Of a DNA stretch of 32,834 nucleotides, positions 18,667-29,476 are shown piece by piece (within the stretch, counting starts at the first letter, position 1; each line of letters starts with the position of its first letter). This DNA is from Elusimicrobiota bacterium. Lineage in GTDB: Bacteria; Elusimicrobiota; Elusimicrobia; Elusimicrobiales; UBA9959. Below the pieces are notes generated by a model that worked only from the letters and a program-made list of their open reading frames with translations, did no database searches and was not told the origin of the DNA. The translations under genes were made by a program, and so were the position numbers. The stretch covers positions 1 through 32,834 of the forward strand of contig JAINCQ010000016.1 in assembly GCA_036574205.1 (NCBI GenBank). The letters are read 5' to 3'.

Positions 18667-19407
18667 ATGCAAATGTGGCCATTGATTATAATAGTTCTGT
18701 TTCTGTTATTCAGCGCTATAAATATATTAAATGAATATGAAAGAGGTGTTGTTTTTACTCTTGGCAGATATTCTGGGGTAAAAGGTCCCGGGCTTATAAT
18801 AATAATACCGGTAATACAGAAAATGGTTAAGATAGATACAAGGGTTGTTACATTTGATGTTCCACCTCAGGATATAATAACCAAAGATAATATACCGGTC
18901 AAGGTTAATGCTGTTATTTATTTCAGAGTAATTTATCCAGACAAAGCAGTTTTGAATGTTGAAAGATATATGTATTCAACAAGCCAGCTTGCTCAAACTA
19001 CATTAAGAAGTGTTTTAGGTCAACAGGAGTTGGATGATCTTCTTACCAATAGAGAAAAGATAAATCAGAGCTTGCAGCAGATTTTAGATCAGCATACCGA
19101 GCCATGGGGTATAAAGGTAAGCGCTGTTGAGATAAAAAATGTTGATATTCCTCAGGAGATGCAAAGAGCCATAGCAAGACAGGCGGAGGCTGAAAGGGAG
19201 AGAAGAGCAAAAATAATAAATGCAGATGGTGAATTTCAGGCTGCTCAGAAGCTTTCTGATGCTTCAAATATTATATCTCAAAATCCAGTTGCCATTCAGC
19301 TCAGGTATCTTCAGACTCTTAGTGAGATTTCAACTGAAAACAGTTCCACAGTCGTATTCCCAATACCTATTGAGCTTTTAAAGGCTTTTATCGATAAGAA
19401 AAATTAA
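18667..19407 (+). CDS. SPFH/stomatin-like (slipin) membrane protein
   Basis: [50 protein letters not shown]. Confidence 0.95.
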   Translation: MQMWPLIIIVLFLLFSAINILNEYERGVVFTLGRYSGVKGPGLIIIIPVIQKMVKIDTRVVTFDVPPQDIITKDNIPVKVNAVIYFRVIYPDKAVLNVERYMYSTSQLAQTTLRSVLGQQELDDLLTNREKINQSLQQILDQHTEPWGIKVSAVEIKNVDIPQEMQRAIARQAEAERERRAKIINADGEFQAAQKLSDASNIISQNPVAIQLRYLQTLSEISTENSSTVVFPIPIELLKAFIDKKN

Positions 19408-19424
19408 TTCTTAGCTGAATTTTT

Positions 19425-20531
19425 TTGGTGATGGGAATCAATTTTTTTTCGGTGTATATCCATATACCTTTTTGCAAAAAAAAATGTAATTACTGCTCAT
19501 TTTATTCCATTTCTCAATTGAGTTATAAATCTGCTTTTATTAAGTCAATTTTAAAAGAGTTGAATATAAGAAGCAAACTTATAAAATCAAGACTACCATC
19601 TCTAAAAACGATTTATTTTGGTGGTGGAACTCCGAGTATTTTAAATCTAAAAGAAATAGAAGAGTTGTTCTTAGTTTTTTCTCGGATTAAGGATTTTAAA
19701 ACTCTTGACGAAGTGACATTTGAAGCAAATCCAGAGTCTTTAAATGTTGATAAAATAAAGCTTCTGAAAGATTATGGAATAAGCCGCCTTTCCATTGGGC
19801 TTCAAAGCTCAAAAGATTGTTATCTTAAATTTCTCGGCAGGATTTGCACATATAAAGATTTTCTTAAAAAATATGATATAGCTAAAAAGAATTTTAGCGT
19901 CAATGTTGATTTGATATATGGTTTGCCTCAACAAAATGAAAAAGATTTAATTGATGATCTTAATCAATTAATTAGATTAAAACCAGATCATTTATCCTTT
20001 TATGGACTTGAGATATATAAAAATACACCTTTTTGGGGAAAAGTAAAAACTGATGATAAAAAGATGAGCCGTTTTTATCATTTAATAAGAAATTTTCTTA
20101 TTTCAAATGGATATAATCATTATGAAATATCTAATTTTGCGCTTAAGGGTAAGGAATCAAAGCATAATATGAATTACTGGAATTATGGTGAGTATATCGG
20201 CTTTGGTCCTTCAGCGGCTTCACATATTTCTGGTAGAAGATGGACTAATATATCTTCAGTAGAGTCTTACATAAAGGCTTTAAATAATGATAAAATAAAA
20301 TTAGAGTATATTGAAAAATTAACTGAAACTGATATTTTAAATGAGAGGTTAATGCTTGGATTAAGAATGTGTTGTGGAATAGATTTGAATGATGATGTTT
20401 ATATGAAGTTTAAGGATGAAATAGCTGATATGGTGATAAAAGGATATATGGAATTTTTTAATGGAAGGGTTAGAATAAAACCAGATTATCTTTTTGTATT
20501 TAATTCTATTGTCTCAAATCTGATAAGATAG
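19425..20531 (+). CDS. hemW: radical SAM heme chaperone HemW (HemN-like)
   Basis: YIHIPFCKKKCNYCSF, YFGGGTPS, EANP, HYEISNFA, HNMNYW. Confidence 0.9.
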   Translation: MVMGINFFSVYIHIPFCKKKCNYCSFYSISQLSYKSAFIKSILKELNIRSKLIKSRLPSLKTIYFGGGTPSILNLKEIEELFLVFSRIKDFKTLDEVTFEANPESLNVDKIKLLKDYGISRLSIGLQSSKDCYLKFLGRICTYKDFLKKYDIAKKNFSVNVDLIYGLPQQNEKDLIDDLNQLIRLKPDHLSFYGLEIYKNTPFWGKVKTDDKKMSRFYHLIRNFLISNGYNHYEISNFALKGKESKHNMNYWNYGEYIGFGPSAASHISGRRWTNISSVESYIKALNNDKIKLEYIEKLTETDILNERLMLGLRMCCGIDLNDDVYMKFKDEIADMVIKGYMEFFNGRVRIKPDYLFVFNSIVSNLIR

Positions 20532-20540
20532 GAGTTTTTT

Positions 20541-23228
20541 ATGCTTCCAAAGACATATAACCCAAAAATTGTTGAGCCAAAATGGATAGAGATATGGCAG
20601 AATGAAAAACTTTTTTCGCCTAAAATAGATAGATCAAAAAAACCTTTTTCAATTGTAATTCCTCCGCCCAATATAACAGGAGCGCTTCATATGGGACATG
20701 CTTTAAACAATATATTACAGGATATTTTAATAAGATATAAAAGGATGTCGGGTGAAAATACATACTGGGTGGTTGGAACAGATCATGGTGGTATAGCTAC
20801 TCAGAATGTTATGGAAAAAAAGCTTAAAGAGGAAGGCTTAAAAAAGACTGATTTAACAAGGGATGAGTTTTTAAAGAGGATGTGGAAGTGGTATGAGGAA
20901 TGTGGGGATACTATTTTAAATCAACTAAAAAAATTAGGATGCTCAATAGATTTCTCTAAAGAAAATGTTAGATTTACGATGGATAGCCAAAGGGCTTTCG
21001 CTGTTTATACAGCTTTTAAAGAATTATGGGATAAAGAGCTTATTTATCGTGGTGAAAGAATGATAAATTGGTGCCCAAGATGTTATACCGCAATAAGCGA
21101 TATAGAGGTAGAATACGAAGAGGAAAAATCTAAATTGTGGTATATAAAATATCCAATTAAAAATTCTAAGGATTTTGTGGTAGTTGCCACCACAAGGCCT
21201 GAAACTATGCTTGGCGATATGGCTATTGCTGTAAACCCTGGTGATGAAAGATATAAGAAAATCATAGGAAAAACAGTTATTCTTCCAATAGTAGAAAGAG
21301 AAATAGAAATAATAGCAGATGAAAAAGTTGAAAAAGAATTTGGAACAGGGGTGGTTAAGGTAACCCCTGCTCATGATCCGCTTGATTATGAAATTGCGCA
21401 ACGACATAATCTTAAAACACTTAAGGTTATCTCCGATGAAGGAAGAATGATTAATTGCCCTTCAAAATATGATGGGCTTAAGGTTTTAAAAGCTCGCCAG
21501 GAGTTACTTGAAGATCTATCCCGATCTGGATTTTTGATTAAAGAAGAGCCATATACTCATAATGTTGCAAAATGTTCAAGGTGTCATAATCATATAGAGC
21601 CGCTTATTAGCGAGCAATGGTTTGTAAAATCAAAACCGCTTGCTGTTGAAACTATAAAAGTTATTGTTAATAAAGAAATTGAGTTTTATCCTCAAAGATG
21701 GGTAAAGCCGCTACTTGACTGGTTAAATAATATACAGGATTGGTGTATTTCAAGACAAATATGGTGGGGGCATAGGATCCCGGCTTTTTACTGCAAAAAA
21801 TGTTCTTCTGGCGGGCTTCAGTATAATGAAAGGGGAGAGATTATAAAGGTTTCTCTGGCAAAGGGCGCAAAACCGATAATATCTTTCTCCAGACCCTCTA
21901 TATGTCCAGATTGTCATGGTAGTGATTTTGTTCAAGATCCAGATGTCCTTGATACCTGGTTTTCATCAGCTTTATGGCCATTTTCTGTATTTGGCTGGCC
22001 AAATAAAACTGAGGAACTTTCTTATTTTTATCCAACAGCTGCACTTGTTACAGGATATGAGATTTTATATTTATGGGTTGCAAGAATGATAACCTCTGGA
22101 TTATTTCATTTAAATCAGATACCATTTTCAAAAGTTTATTTGCACGGAATAGTAAGGGATAAGCATGGACAAAAAATGTCTAAATCCAAGGGAAATGGCA
22201 TAGACCCACTTGAGATGATGGAAAAATATGGAACTGATGCCATGAGGTTTTCACTTATTATAGGCGCTATAGGAGGGAAGGATATACCTTTTGATGAAAA
22301 TTCTATAATAGGTGGTAGAAATTTCATAAATAAGATATACAATGTATCCAGATTCATACAGCTTAACATAAACGAAAATGAAAAGTATGATATAAATTTG
22401 AAAATGCTTGATTTAAGCGATAGATGGATACTTACCAGAATAAATGAGATAATTGAGGAATACGAAAAATTAATGAATAATTATCTTTTTAGCGAGGCTC
22501 TTGATCTGGTCTATGGATTTTCCTGGGATGAATTTTGCGATTGGTATATAGAGATATCAAAGCAATATCTAAATACCGAATCTAAGAGATATAAAATGGG
22601 GGTCTTGTTAAATGTTTTTGGCGCTATTATAAAAATGCTTCACCCATTTATTCCTTTTGTAACAGAAGAAATATATTCTGCTATTGGCAATCTACTTGGA
22701 GAGAGCGAAAGATTTTTATTAAATACTTCTTTTAAAAAGGTTTCAGGTTTAAATGATGATGGGGCAAAACAGAGTATGCTTGTTTTGATGGATATAGTGA
22801 AGGAGATAAGAACTCTTCGTTCTGAATTTTCTATACATCCAATAAGGGAAGTGGATGTGGATATTATTTCAACCAGCGATGGGCTTAAAAAAATATTTGA
22901 TTATCAAAACTATATAAAACACCTTTCAAAGATAGGCAATCTCAATCTTTGTGAAAGTTTTTCAGGGGGTAAAGCAATTAAAAGCGTTGTAAGAAATTTT
23001 GAGGTGTATATTAAGATAGATGGTAATATAGATGTGGAAAAAGAGAAAAACAGGATAAAAAAAGAAATAGAAAATATAGAAAACTCAAATGCAAGGTGGG
23101 AGACGCTTTTAAAAGATAGAAATTTTGTTACTAAAGCTCCTGAAACAGAGGTTAATAAAATCAAGGAAAGGGTTAGGGAAAACCTTGGCAAACTTTCAAA
23201 ACTCAAAAAAATTCTGTCGGGATTATGA
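20541..23228 (+). CDS. valS: valine-tRNA ligase
   Basis: PPPNITGALHMGH, DWCISRQIWWGH, DVLDTWFSS, KMSKSKGN, C-terminal coiled coil. Confidence 0.98.
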   Translation: MLPKTYNPKIVEPKWIEIWQNEKLFSPKIDRSKKPFSIVIPPPNITGALHMGHALNNILQDILIRYKRMSGENTYWVVGTDHGGIATQNVMEKKLKEEGLKKTDLTRDEFLKRMWKWYEECGDTILNQLKKLGCSIDFSKENVRFTMDSQRAFAVYTAFKELWDKELIYRGERMINWCPRCYTAISDIEVEYEEEKSKLWYIKYPIKNSKDFVVVATTRPETMLGDMAIAVNPGDERYKKIIGKTVILPIVEREIEIIADEKVEKEFGTGVVKVTPAHDPLDYEIAQRHNLKTLKVISDEGRMINCPSKYDGLKVLKARQELLEDLSRSGFLIKEEPYTHNVAKCSRCHNHIEPLISEQWFVKSKPLAVETIKVIVNKEIEFYPQRWVKPLLDWLNNIQDWCISRQIWWGHRIPAFYCKKCSSGGLQYNERGEIIKVSLAKGAKPIISFSRPSICPDCHGSDFVQDPDVLDTWFSSALWPFSVFGWPNKTEELSYFYPTAALVTGYEILYLWVARMITSGLFHLNQIPFSKVYLHGIVRDKHGQKMSKSKGNGIDPLEMMEKYGTDAMRFSLIIGAIGGKDIPFDENSIIGGRNFINKIYNVSRFIQLNINENEKYDINLKMLDLSDRWILTRINEIIEEYEKLMNNYLFSEALDLVYGFSWDEFCDWYIEISKQYLNTESKRYKMGVLLNVFGAIIKMLHPFIPFVTEEIYSAIGNLLGESERFLLNTSFKKVSGLNDDGAKQSMLVLMDIVKEIRTLRSEFSIHPIREVDVDIISTSDGLKKIFDYQNYIKHLSKIGNLNLCESFSGGKAIKSVVRNFEVYIKIDGNIDVEKEKNRIKKEIENIENSNARWETLLKDRNFVTKAPETEVNKIKERVRENLGKLSKLKKILSGL

Positions 23229-23524
23229 GTAATTTTGTAAAAAAATTCAGGGAAAAATACTGGATAAGAAAAGACAGGGAAGACTTTTTTTTCACTGGAT
23301 TTATGATAACCTGTCTTGTTGCTTCGGTTGTTACAACATACTGGCATTATTTTGATATGATAGAACTTAAGCCGAAGATAAAACTCAAAACAGAATTTAA
23401 AAAAGATGACATAAAAAAAATATCTCAACAGGATGTTGATTATATGGTTCCTCTTAAAAAGATTTCTACGTTTTATAAAGTTGAGGAATATTTTAAACCT
23501 GATATGGAGAAAGAAGGGGAATGA
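23225..23524 (+). CDS. hypothetical single-pass membrane protein
   Basis: ATGA overlaps at both ends; one hydrophobic segment FFFTGFMITCLVASVVTTYW. Confidence 0.7.
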   Translation: MSNFVKKFREKYWIRKDREDFFFTGFMITCLVASVVTTYWHYFDMIELKPKIKLKTEFKKDDIKKISQQDVDYMVPLKKISTFYKVEEYFKPDMEKEGE

Positions 23525-24123
23525 AAAAAATTTTGCTTACATTTATTCTTAGTTTGCCTATATTTTTTACACAAGCTTTTGCTGAGAATAACAATCAGGC
23601 TTTACAAACTTTTGAGAATATAAAACAATCTGATGTTGATTATGACTGGGGCAAAAACGCTGAGATAATAGATCATCCTGTTTATGGGGTTATAGTACTT
23701 TCAAAGGATAGATGGAAAAACTGGGTTTTTAGATCTTCAATAATTATAATGCTTTATATATCGCTAATGATAGTTATACTTTCAATTCCTAAAAACTCCG
23801 AGCTTAATATCATAGTAGCTTATATTCTTTGTGGTTCGGTTTTTGTTATTTCATTCTGGGAAACTTTAAGTGGTTGGATGCTTACAAGGCTTAACAGTTA
23901 TGCTTATGGCTGGAGCTTTATTTTTATTTCATTGCCAATGTATCTTGCTTCTTATTTTGCAGTTATCAAAATAAAAAGATATGATATATCTTATGCTCAG
24001 ATAAAAGAGGAATTTAAAAAAATGCAGGATATGGCAGCAAAAACCTATGAAGATCCTCGTCTTGCCCCAATTTCTGGAGTTCCTGGAGATTGGGAGGAAG
24101 AGGATTTTATAAGACATAATTAA
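23521..24123 (+). CDS. hypothetical membrane protein (signal peptide plus about 3 TM helices)
   Basis: MKKILLTFILSLPIFFTQAFA signal peptide; three hydrophobic segments; acidic tail. Confidence 0.75.
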   Translation: MKKILLTFILSLPIFFTQAFAENNNQALQTFENIKQSDVDYDWGKNAEIIDHPVYGVIVLSKDRWKNWVFRSSIIIMLYISLMIVILSIPKNSELNIIVAYILCGSVFVISFWETLSGWMLTRLNSYAYGWSFIFISLPMYLASYFAVIKIKRYDISYAQIKEEFKKMQDMAAKTYEDPRLAPISGVPGDWEEEDFIRHN

Positions 24124-24138
24124 TACTTTAAATTATTT

Positions 24139-24648
24139 ATGAATCCAATTTCTATAATAAGACAGTTTATAAAAGGGCTTTTGAAAGATAATGAACCTTA
24201 TCAAATAGGACTTGCTGTGGCTTTTGGGTTGATAATAGGAGTTATCCCAAAAAATAATATCACAGCCCAACTTATTTTTATTATCGCAGTTTCAACAAAA
24301 GCAAATATTCCTTTTTTAATCCTTTCTATATTCTTTTTTTCATCTTTTTCTCTAATCACAGATATCCTGACAGATAAAATAGGATATTTTATTCTTACAA
24401 GAGAATTTTTAAATGCTTTTTTTACAAAGATGTATAACACTCCTTTTATACCCTGGACAGATTTTAATAATACAGTTGTTATGGGGGGGGTAATAGTGGG
24501 AATAGTAGTGTTTTTCCCAGTTTATCTACTCGGGAAAAAATTTGGAGCTTATTACAAAGAAAAGTTGGCTAATAAAATATCTAATCTTAAATTTATTAAG
24601 ATGCTTAAAGCAAGCTGGCTTTTTGAATGGTATTTTAATAAAGACTAA
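24139..24648 (+). CDS. TIGR03546-family (DUF2062-like) membrane protein
   Basis: PYQIGLAVAFGLIIG, PFIPWTDFNNTVVMG; paired with the TIGR03545-like gene. Confidence 0.85.
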   Translation: MNPISIIRQFIKGLLKDNEPYQIGLAVAFGLIIGVIPKNNITAQLIFIIAVSTKANIPFLILSIFFFSSFSLITDILTDKIGYFILTREFLNAFFTKMYNTPFIPWTDFNNTVVMGGVIVGIVVFFPVYLLGKKFGAYYKEKLANKISNLKFIKMLKASWLFEWYFNKD

Positions 24649-24652
24649 AATT

Positions 24653-26383
24653 ATGAGATGGAGTTATATAACACCAAGATTTGTTTTTGTTTTAATTATT
24701 TATCTCTTTTTTTATTTTGCTTTTGATCCTATTTTGAAATGGGGATTTGTAAAATCGCTTGAAGCTTTATTTGAAGCAAAATCCGAGATAAAAACTTTAA
24801 AGACTAAATTCTTCCCACCTTCTATAATAATAAAAGAGCTCAGTGTTGGGAATAAAGATAAAGAGTTTAACAATCTTTTTGAATTTAATGAGGCAAGATT
24901 TAGACTTAATGGTAAAGCCATTCTTGAAAAAAAGTTTGTTATAGAGGAGGCAACAATAAAAGGGCTTTCATTTGATACACCAAGGAAAAAATCATGTAAA
25001 ATCAAAATTAAAAAGACAAAGATGCCAGAGTTTGTTGGAAAGTTTATGGATACTGCCAGAATTTCAGCGCTTGAGAAAATAGATGATATGAAATCTGATG
25101 CGATAAGCGAAGTTAAAGTTAATGTAGAAAATTTATCATCAATAAAATTAATGGATGAGCTAAAAAACAGATATGAAGAGGAATATAAGAATATAGATAA
25201 AAAAATAGATTTTAATAGATATGAATTACGTATAAAAGAGATAGATAAGAAATTAGAATCTGTTAAAAAAGAAAAAAATTTTATTAAACAACTAAAACTT
25301 TCTGCCGATTTAAAGAAGGATATAGAAAATTTGTATAAGGATTTCAGGAAAGATAAAAAAGAAGTTGAAAAACTGATAGATGAAGCTAAAAATTATTATA
25401 AAGAGGTAAATGAGGCAAGGAATGCTGATATAAACAAGATAATGTCTATGGCAAAAATTCCATCAATTGACAGGGAGAGTGTTGCTTCAATGATTGTTGG
25501 AAAAGATGTTTTTACAAAAGCAGCTCATTATTATTATCTTGCAAGCAAAGCCACCAAATATATTCCAACAAATGCAAAGAAGAAAATTTTTGAAGAGAAG
25601 CGCAAAAGGGGGAGGATAGTTTTATATGAGAAAGAGAACACATACCCATCATTTCTTTTAAAACTTGCTCATATAGATGGTGTTTTAACTCCTTCAAATC
25701 CTATAGAATATTCTGCTACTCTTTCTAATCTAACCGCTCAGCCAAAGTTATATCCTCACCCTTTAAAGTTAGAGCTTTATGGTAAAAAAGAAACATCCCA
25801 AGTATCTGTTTTAGGAATGGCTGATTTTTCTTTACAACCTTACACCTCTACTCTAAATATCAAGTATATTGGAGCAAAATTATCAGATCTATCTTATGGT
25901 AGTGAAAGACTTAAAATTGATGTTAAAAAATCTTTGGTTGATACTTTTGTTGTTGCTAAAACTGTTTCAGATAATATAGATATTTCAGTTAAATCATCTT
26001 TCAGTGATGTTTTAATAACGCCTTATGTTAATATATCTGAAAAATATGGGGAGTTGAATAAAACCATAGAAAACTCACTTTCAAAAATACAAACTTTTAA
26101 TATTAATTTTTATCTTAGCGGAAGTTTTTCAAATCCTTCTTTTAAGGTTGAAACAGACCTTGCGGATGTAGTATTAAATTCTCTTGGATCCATTTTCAGG
26201 GATAAAATTGATTCAGCAAAAAAACAGATATCTGAAAAAATTGATGCTGAGATAAACAAAAATAAGGAAAAACTTGATAGGTTTATAAAAGATAATCAGG
26301 AAGCGCTTAAAAACAAACTAAAATTAGACTCCGAGAAGTTAGATAACTGGAAAAAAGAAATAGAGAAGAAGATCAAAATTTAA
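24653..26383 (+). CDS. TIGR03545-family protein (ATG 24653 preferred)
   Basis: MRWSYITPRF + TM anchor, FDTPRKKS, coiled-coil middle, RGRIV..E...YPSFL; follows the TIGR03546 partner. Confidence 0.8.
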   Translation: MRWSYITPRFVFVLIIYLFFYFAFDPILKWGFVKSLEALFEAKSEIKTLKTKFFPPSIIIKELSVGNKDKEFNNLFEFNEARFRLNGKAILEKKFVIEEATIKGLSFDTPRKKSCKIKIKKTKMPEFVGKFMDTARISALEKIDDMKSDAISEVKVNVENLSSIKLMDELKNRYEEEYKNIDKKIDFNRYELRIKEIDKKLESVKKEKNFIKQLKLSADLKKDIENLYKDFRKDKKEVEKLIDEAKNYYKEVNEARNADINKIMSMAKIPSIDRESVASMIVGKDVFTKAAHYYYLASKATKYIPTNAKKKIFEEKRKRGRIVLYEKENTYPSFLLKLAHIDGVLTPSNPIEYSATLSNLTAQPKLYPHPLKLELYGKKETSQVSVLGMADFSLQPYTSTLNIKYIGAKLSDLSYGSERLKIDVKKSLVDTFVVAKTVSDNIDISVKSSFSDVLITPYVNISEKYGELNKTIENSLSKIQTFNINFYLSGSFSNPSFKVETDLADVVLNSLGSIFRDKIDSAKKQISEKIDAEINKNKEKLDRFIKDNQEALKNKLKLDSEKLDNWKKEIEKKIKI

Positions 26384-26427
26384 TAGCCTTAATTCTATAG
26401 TATATCTATATTTTGTAAAATCTAATT

Positions 26428-27354
26428 ATGGAAAACTTTTTGCTTGCTGTAAAAGACGAGATATCTTCTTCTTTTGAAGTTATAGATGAAAAATATTTTG
26501 ATTTTAAAAAAAACTTTTATGAACCGCTTGGAAAGGCAATTAGGTCTCGTTTTGCTTTTCATCTTTTAAACGCCCTTAAAGCTGACTGGAAAAAGTCTGT
26601 TTCTATAGCTGCCTCAGCAGAGATAGTCCATCTTGCTTCACTTATGCACGATGATTGCATTGATGGCGCTTCTAAAAGAAGAGGATTTGATACTTTAAAT
26701 TTTTCATTTGGGATAAACACGGCTATATTGGTAGGTGATCTTCTGGTTTCGGTAGGATTTAAGAAAGCAAATTCTGTTTCTCCTCAGCTTTCAATATCAC
26801 TTGTGGATTGTATAGAGGCTATGACAAAAGGCGCGATTTTAGAAGAAAATTTTAAGTATAAAATTATTGACGAAAGAATATATATGGAGATAGCTGCTTT
26901 AAAAACAGCTTCGCTGTTTAGGTGGATTGCGTTATGTATAGCTATGATTTCAAAATCAAATTTTTTTAATGAGTGTTCTAAAATTTCTGAGAACTTTGGT
27001 ATTGCTTTTCAGATAATAGACGATGTCCTTGATGTGGAGGGAGATGATAGTTTTATAGGGAAAGAGTCTTTCAAAGATTTATACGAGGGGAAAATAAATT
27101 ATCCGATGCTTATGGCTATTGATGAGGATTATGTGAAAAAAAGAATAGATTATTTTTTTGCCGATAAAACCGACCTTACCCCTCTTTATGAAATTAAAAA
27201 ATATTTGATTGAGAAAAAATATGTGGTGGCTGCAAGAGAACGCGCTTTGAGTTTAATAGATAAAGTAAAACACGAAACTCTTGCGCTTGGAGATGGGGAA
27301 AACGTAGTAGATTTTTACGCTTTTATGCGTTCCATGACTTTGAGAAGAAATTAA
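26428..27354 (+). CDS. long-chain trans-polyprenyl diphosphate synthase
   Basis: FARM HDDCID..RRG and SARM FQIIDDVLD; Ala five residues before FARM indicates a long-chain product; next to menA. Confidence 0.9.
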   Translation: MENFLLAVKDEISSSFEVIDEKYFDFKKNFYEPLGKAIRSRFAFHLLNALKADWKKSVSIAASAEIVHLASLMHDDCIDGASKRRGFDTLNFSFGINTAILVGDLLVSVGFKKANSVSPQLSISLVDCIEAMTKGAILEENFKYKIIDERIYMEIAALKTASLFRWIALCIAMISKSNFFNECSKISENFGIAFQIIDDVLDVEGDDSFIGKESFKDLYEGKINYPMLMAIDEDYVKKRIDYFFADKTDLTPLYEIKKYLIEKKYVVAARERALSLIDKVKHETLALGDGENVVDFYAFMRSMTLRRN

Positions 27355-27368
27355 TTTAAGGAGGATAT

Positions 27369-28223
27369 ATGTCAACTTTTAAGAAATGGTTTATAGTTTT
27401 AAGAGCTTACTCCTGGCCGGCATCAATAGTTCCTATAATAATTTCCGGAGTTTATAGTTATAAAAATGGATGGTTTAATTGGTTTGATTTTATATTTATT
27501 TTTATAGCGGGTTTGTCTATTCATCTTGGCGCAAATGTTTTAAATACTTATTATGATTATAAAAACAATATTGATGATGAAAATTCAGATGATATAGGAA
27601 TAGTAAAAAAATTTATTTCAGCTGATACCGCTTTTAAGCTTGGGTATGGTCTTATTCTTATAGGCGTTTTTATAGGTATGTTTCTTGTTTTCAAGTATTC
27701 ACTTTATTCTTTTTTACCCATAGCTATAATTGGGGTTTTACTTGCAATATTTTATACTGCAAATCCTGTTTCATTGAAATATAGAGCTTTTGGTGAGTTA
27801 GTTATTTTTTTATGCTTTGGTCCTTTGATAGTTAGTGGCAGTGTTATGATAATGGCTAAGAGATTTGTTTTAGAGTCAGTGGCTTTAAGCATTCCTGCAG
27901 CTCTTTTAATTGTAGATATTTTGCTGGCTAATAATATAAGAGATGATAAAAGCGATAGCGAAAAAGGGATTAAAACAATAGTAGATATTTTGGGTATTAA
28001 TCTCTCAAGATATATATATATATTTCTTCTTTTTCTTAGCTATATTTCAGCGCTTGTCTTTCTAAATTTTTCTACTTCATCGCTTGTGCTTTTGCTTTCT
28101 ATCTTAGTAGTTTATGAGATTTTTAAATTGCTAAAAAAGCAGGATTATGGATCTGTCGTGAGAAAAACCGCTCAACTTGTTCTTATTTTTGGAATTCTAT
28201 TTTCAATAGCGATTATTTTATGA
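27369..28223 (+). CDS. menA: UbiA-family prenyltransferase, MenA type (DHNA polyprenyltransferase)
   Basis: NVLNTYYDYKNNID, LKYRAFGE, NNIRDDKSD..KGIKT; multiple TM helices. Confidence 0.82.
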   Translation: MSTFKKWFIVLRAYSWPASIVPIIISGVYSYKNGWFNWFDFIFIFIAGLSIHLGANVLNTYYDYKNNIDDENSDDIGIVKKFISADTAFKLGYGLILIGVFIGMFLVFKYSLYSFLPIAIIGVLLAIFYTANPVSLKYRAFGELVIFLCFGPLIVSGSVMIMAKRFVLESVALSIPAALLIVDILLANNIRDDKSDSEKGIKTIVDILGINLSRYIYIFLLFLSYISALVFLNFSTSSLVLLLSILVVYEIFKLLKKQDYGSVVRKTAQLVLIFGILFSIAIIL

Positions 28224-29476
28224 ATATTTTAATTACCAATATCACTCAACTTTTAACACTTTCAGGTCCAAAGAGGGCAAGAATAGGTAATGAAATGAGA
28301 AATCCTGGAATAATTGAAAATGCTGCTTTGTATATTGAGGATGAAAAGATAAAATTTTTTGGAAAAGAGCGTGATGTTCTTGATAAAATTAGGAATAGAA
28401 AACATATAAATATAAGGGCAAACGGTGTAGTTATGCCAGCATTTATTGATACTCATACTCATTCTGTTTTTGCCAGACCAAGACTTGAAGATTTTGAAAT
28501 GAGAACTAACGGTTTAAGTTATCTGGAGATTAAAAAGCGGGGTGGAGGGATAAATTTAAGCGCAAGACAGATAAAAAACTCCTCTGATGATGTACTCTTT
28601 GATAATCTTCTTTATTTTTCAAAGAAATTTATTGAATGTGGAACAACAGTTATAGAAGTAAAAAGTGGCTATGGACTTGATTTTGAAAACGAGATAAAAA
28701 TCCTAAACACAATAAAAAAAGCTAAGGCTTATACAAAGCTGGATATGATCCCTACTTTTCTTGGTGCTCATTCAGTTCCTGATGGATTTAAAGATTCAAA
28801 AGAATATTTAAAATATCTTAAAAAAGAAGTTTTACCTTATGTAGCAAAAAATAAACTTGCTGTTTTTGCGGATATATTTTGTGAAAAAGGATATTTTAGC
28901 GTAGAAGAATCTATCGATTATCTTAATTTTGCAAAGAAGTTTGGGCTTAAACCAAGGATTCACGCAGAGCAGATGTCAAGGTTTGGTGGATGTGTTGCTG
29001 CTTATAAAACTAAGGCTATAAGCGCTGATCATCTTGATTGGGCTGATAAAAGCTATGTTGAACTTTTAAAAAAATCAAAGACGACAGCAGTTTTTTTACC
29101 CGCCTCCAATTATTTTACCGGCGCTAAAAAATATCCAGATGCAAGAATATTCATAGATAATGGTGCTAAGGTGGTTATTTCAACAGATTTTAATCCTGGC
29201 ACATCGCCTTGCTGGAATATGCAGTTTGTCATCTCTGCCTCGGTAAATTATATGAAGATGAAGATAGAAGAAGCTATTTATGCTTCTACCTATAATGCAT
29301 CGTGTTTACTTGGCTTACATAAAAGAGTTGGTATGATTGAAAGCGGTATGGACGCTGATGTTATCATAATGGAAGTTAAAGATTATAGAGAAATAGCTTA
29401 TTATTTCGGTTCAAATTTGAACAGGATGACTATAAAAAGAGGGAATATTATTTATGAAAAAGGTAATTCTGTTTGA
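28220..29476 (+). CDS. hutI: imidazolonepropionase
   Basis: IDTHTH, GGGI, EVKSGYGL, FLGAH, DIFCEKGYF, HAEQ, SADHL, STDFNPGTSP. Confidence 0.95.
   Translation: MNILITNITQLLTLSGPKRARIGNEMRNPGIIENAALYIEDEKIKFFGKERDVLDKIRNRKHINIRANGVVMPAFIDTHTHSVFARPRLEDFEMRTNGLSYLEIKKRGGGINLSARQIKNSSDDVLFDNLLYFSKKFIECGTTVIEVKSGYGLDFENEIKILNTIKKAKAYTKLDMIPTFLGAHSVPDGFKDSKEYLKYLKKEVLPYVAKNKLAVFADIFCEKGYFSVEESIDYLNFAKKFGLKPRIHAEQMSRFGGCVAAYKTKAISADHLDWADKSYVELLKKSKTTAVFLPASNYFTGAKKYPDARIFIDNGAKVVISTDFNPGTSPCWNMQFVISASVNYMKMKIEEAIYASTYNASCLLGLHKRVGMIESGMDADVIIMEVKDYREIAYYFGSNLNRMTIKRGNIIYEKGNSV

Noticed and set aside
19425..20531. Second radical SAM gene as part of the RiPP pathway
   Set aside because: It has ordinary HemW signatures (HIPFC, HNxxYW), no SPASM domain, and is separated from the cassette by three unrelated genes.
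725..28462. Many 60-172 aa minus-strand ORFs (e.g. 22910-23428, 21024-21407, 9990-10331)
   Set aside because: All are antisense to well-supported genes and have no recognisable motifs; they are shadow ORFs.
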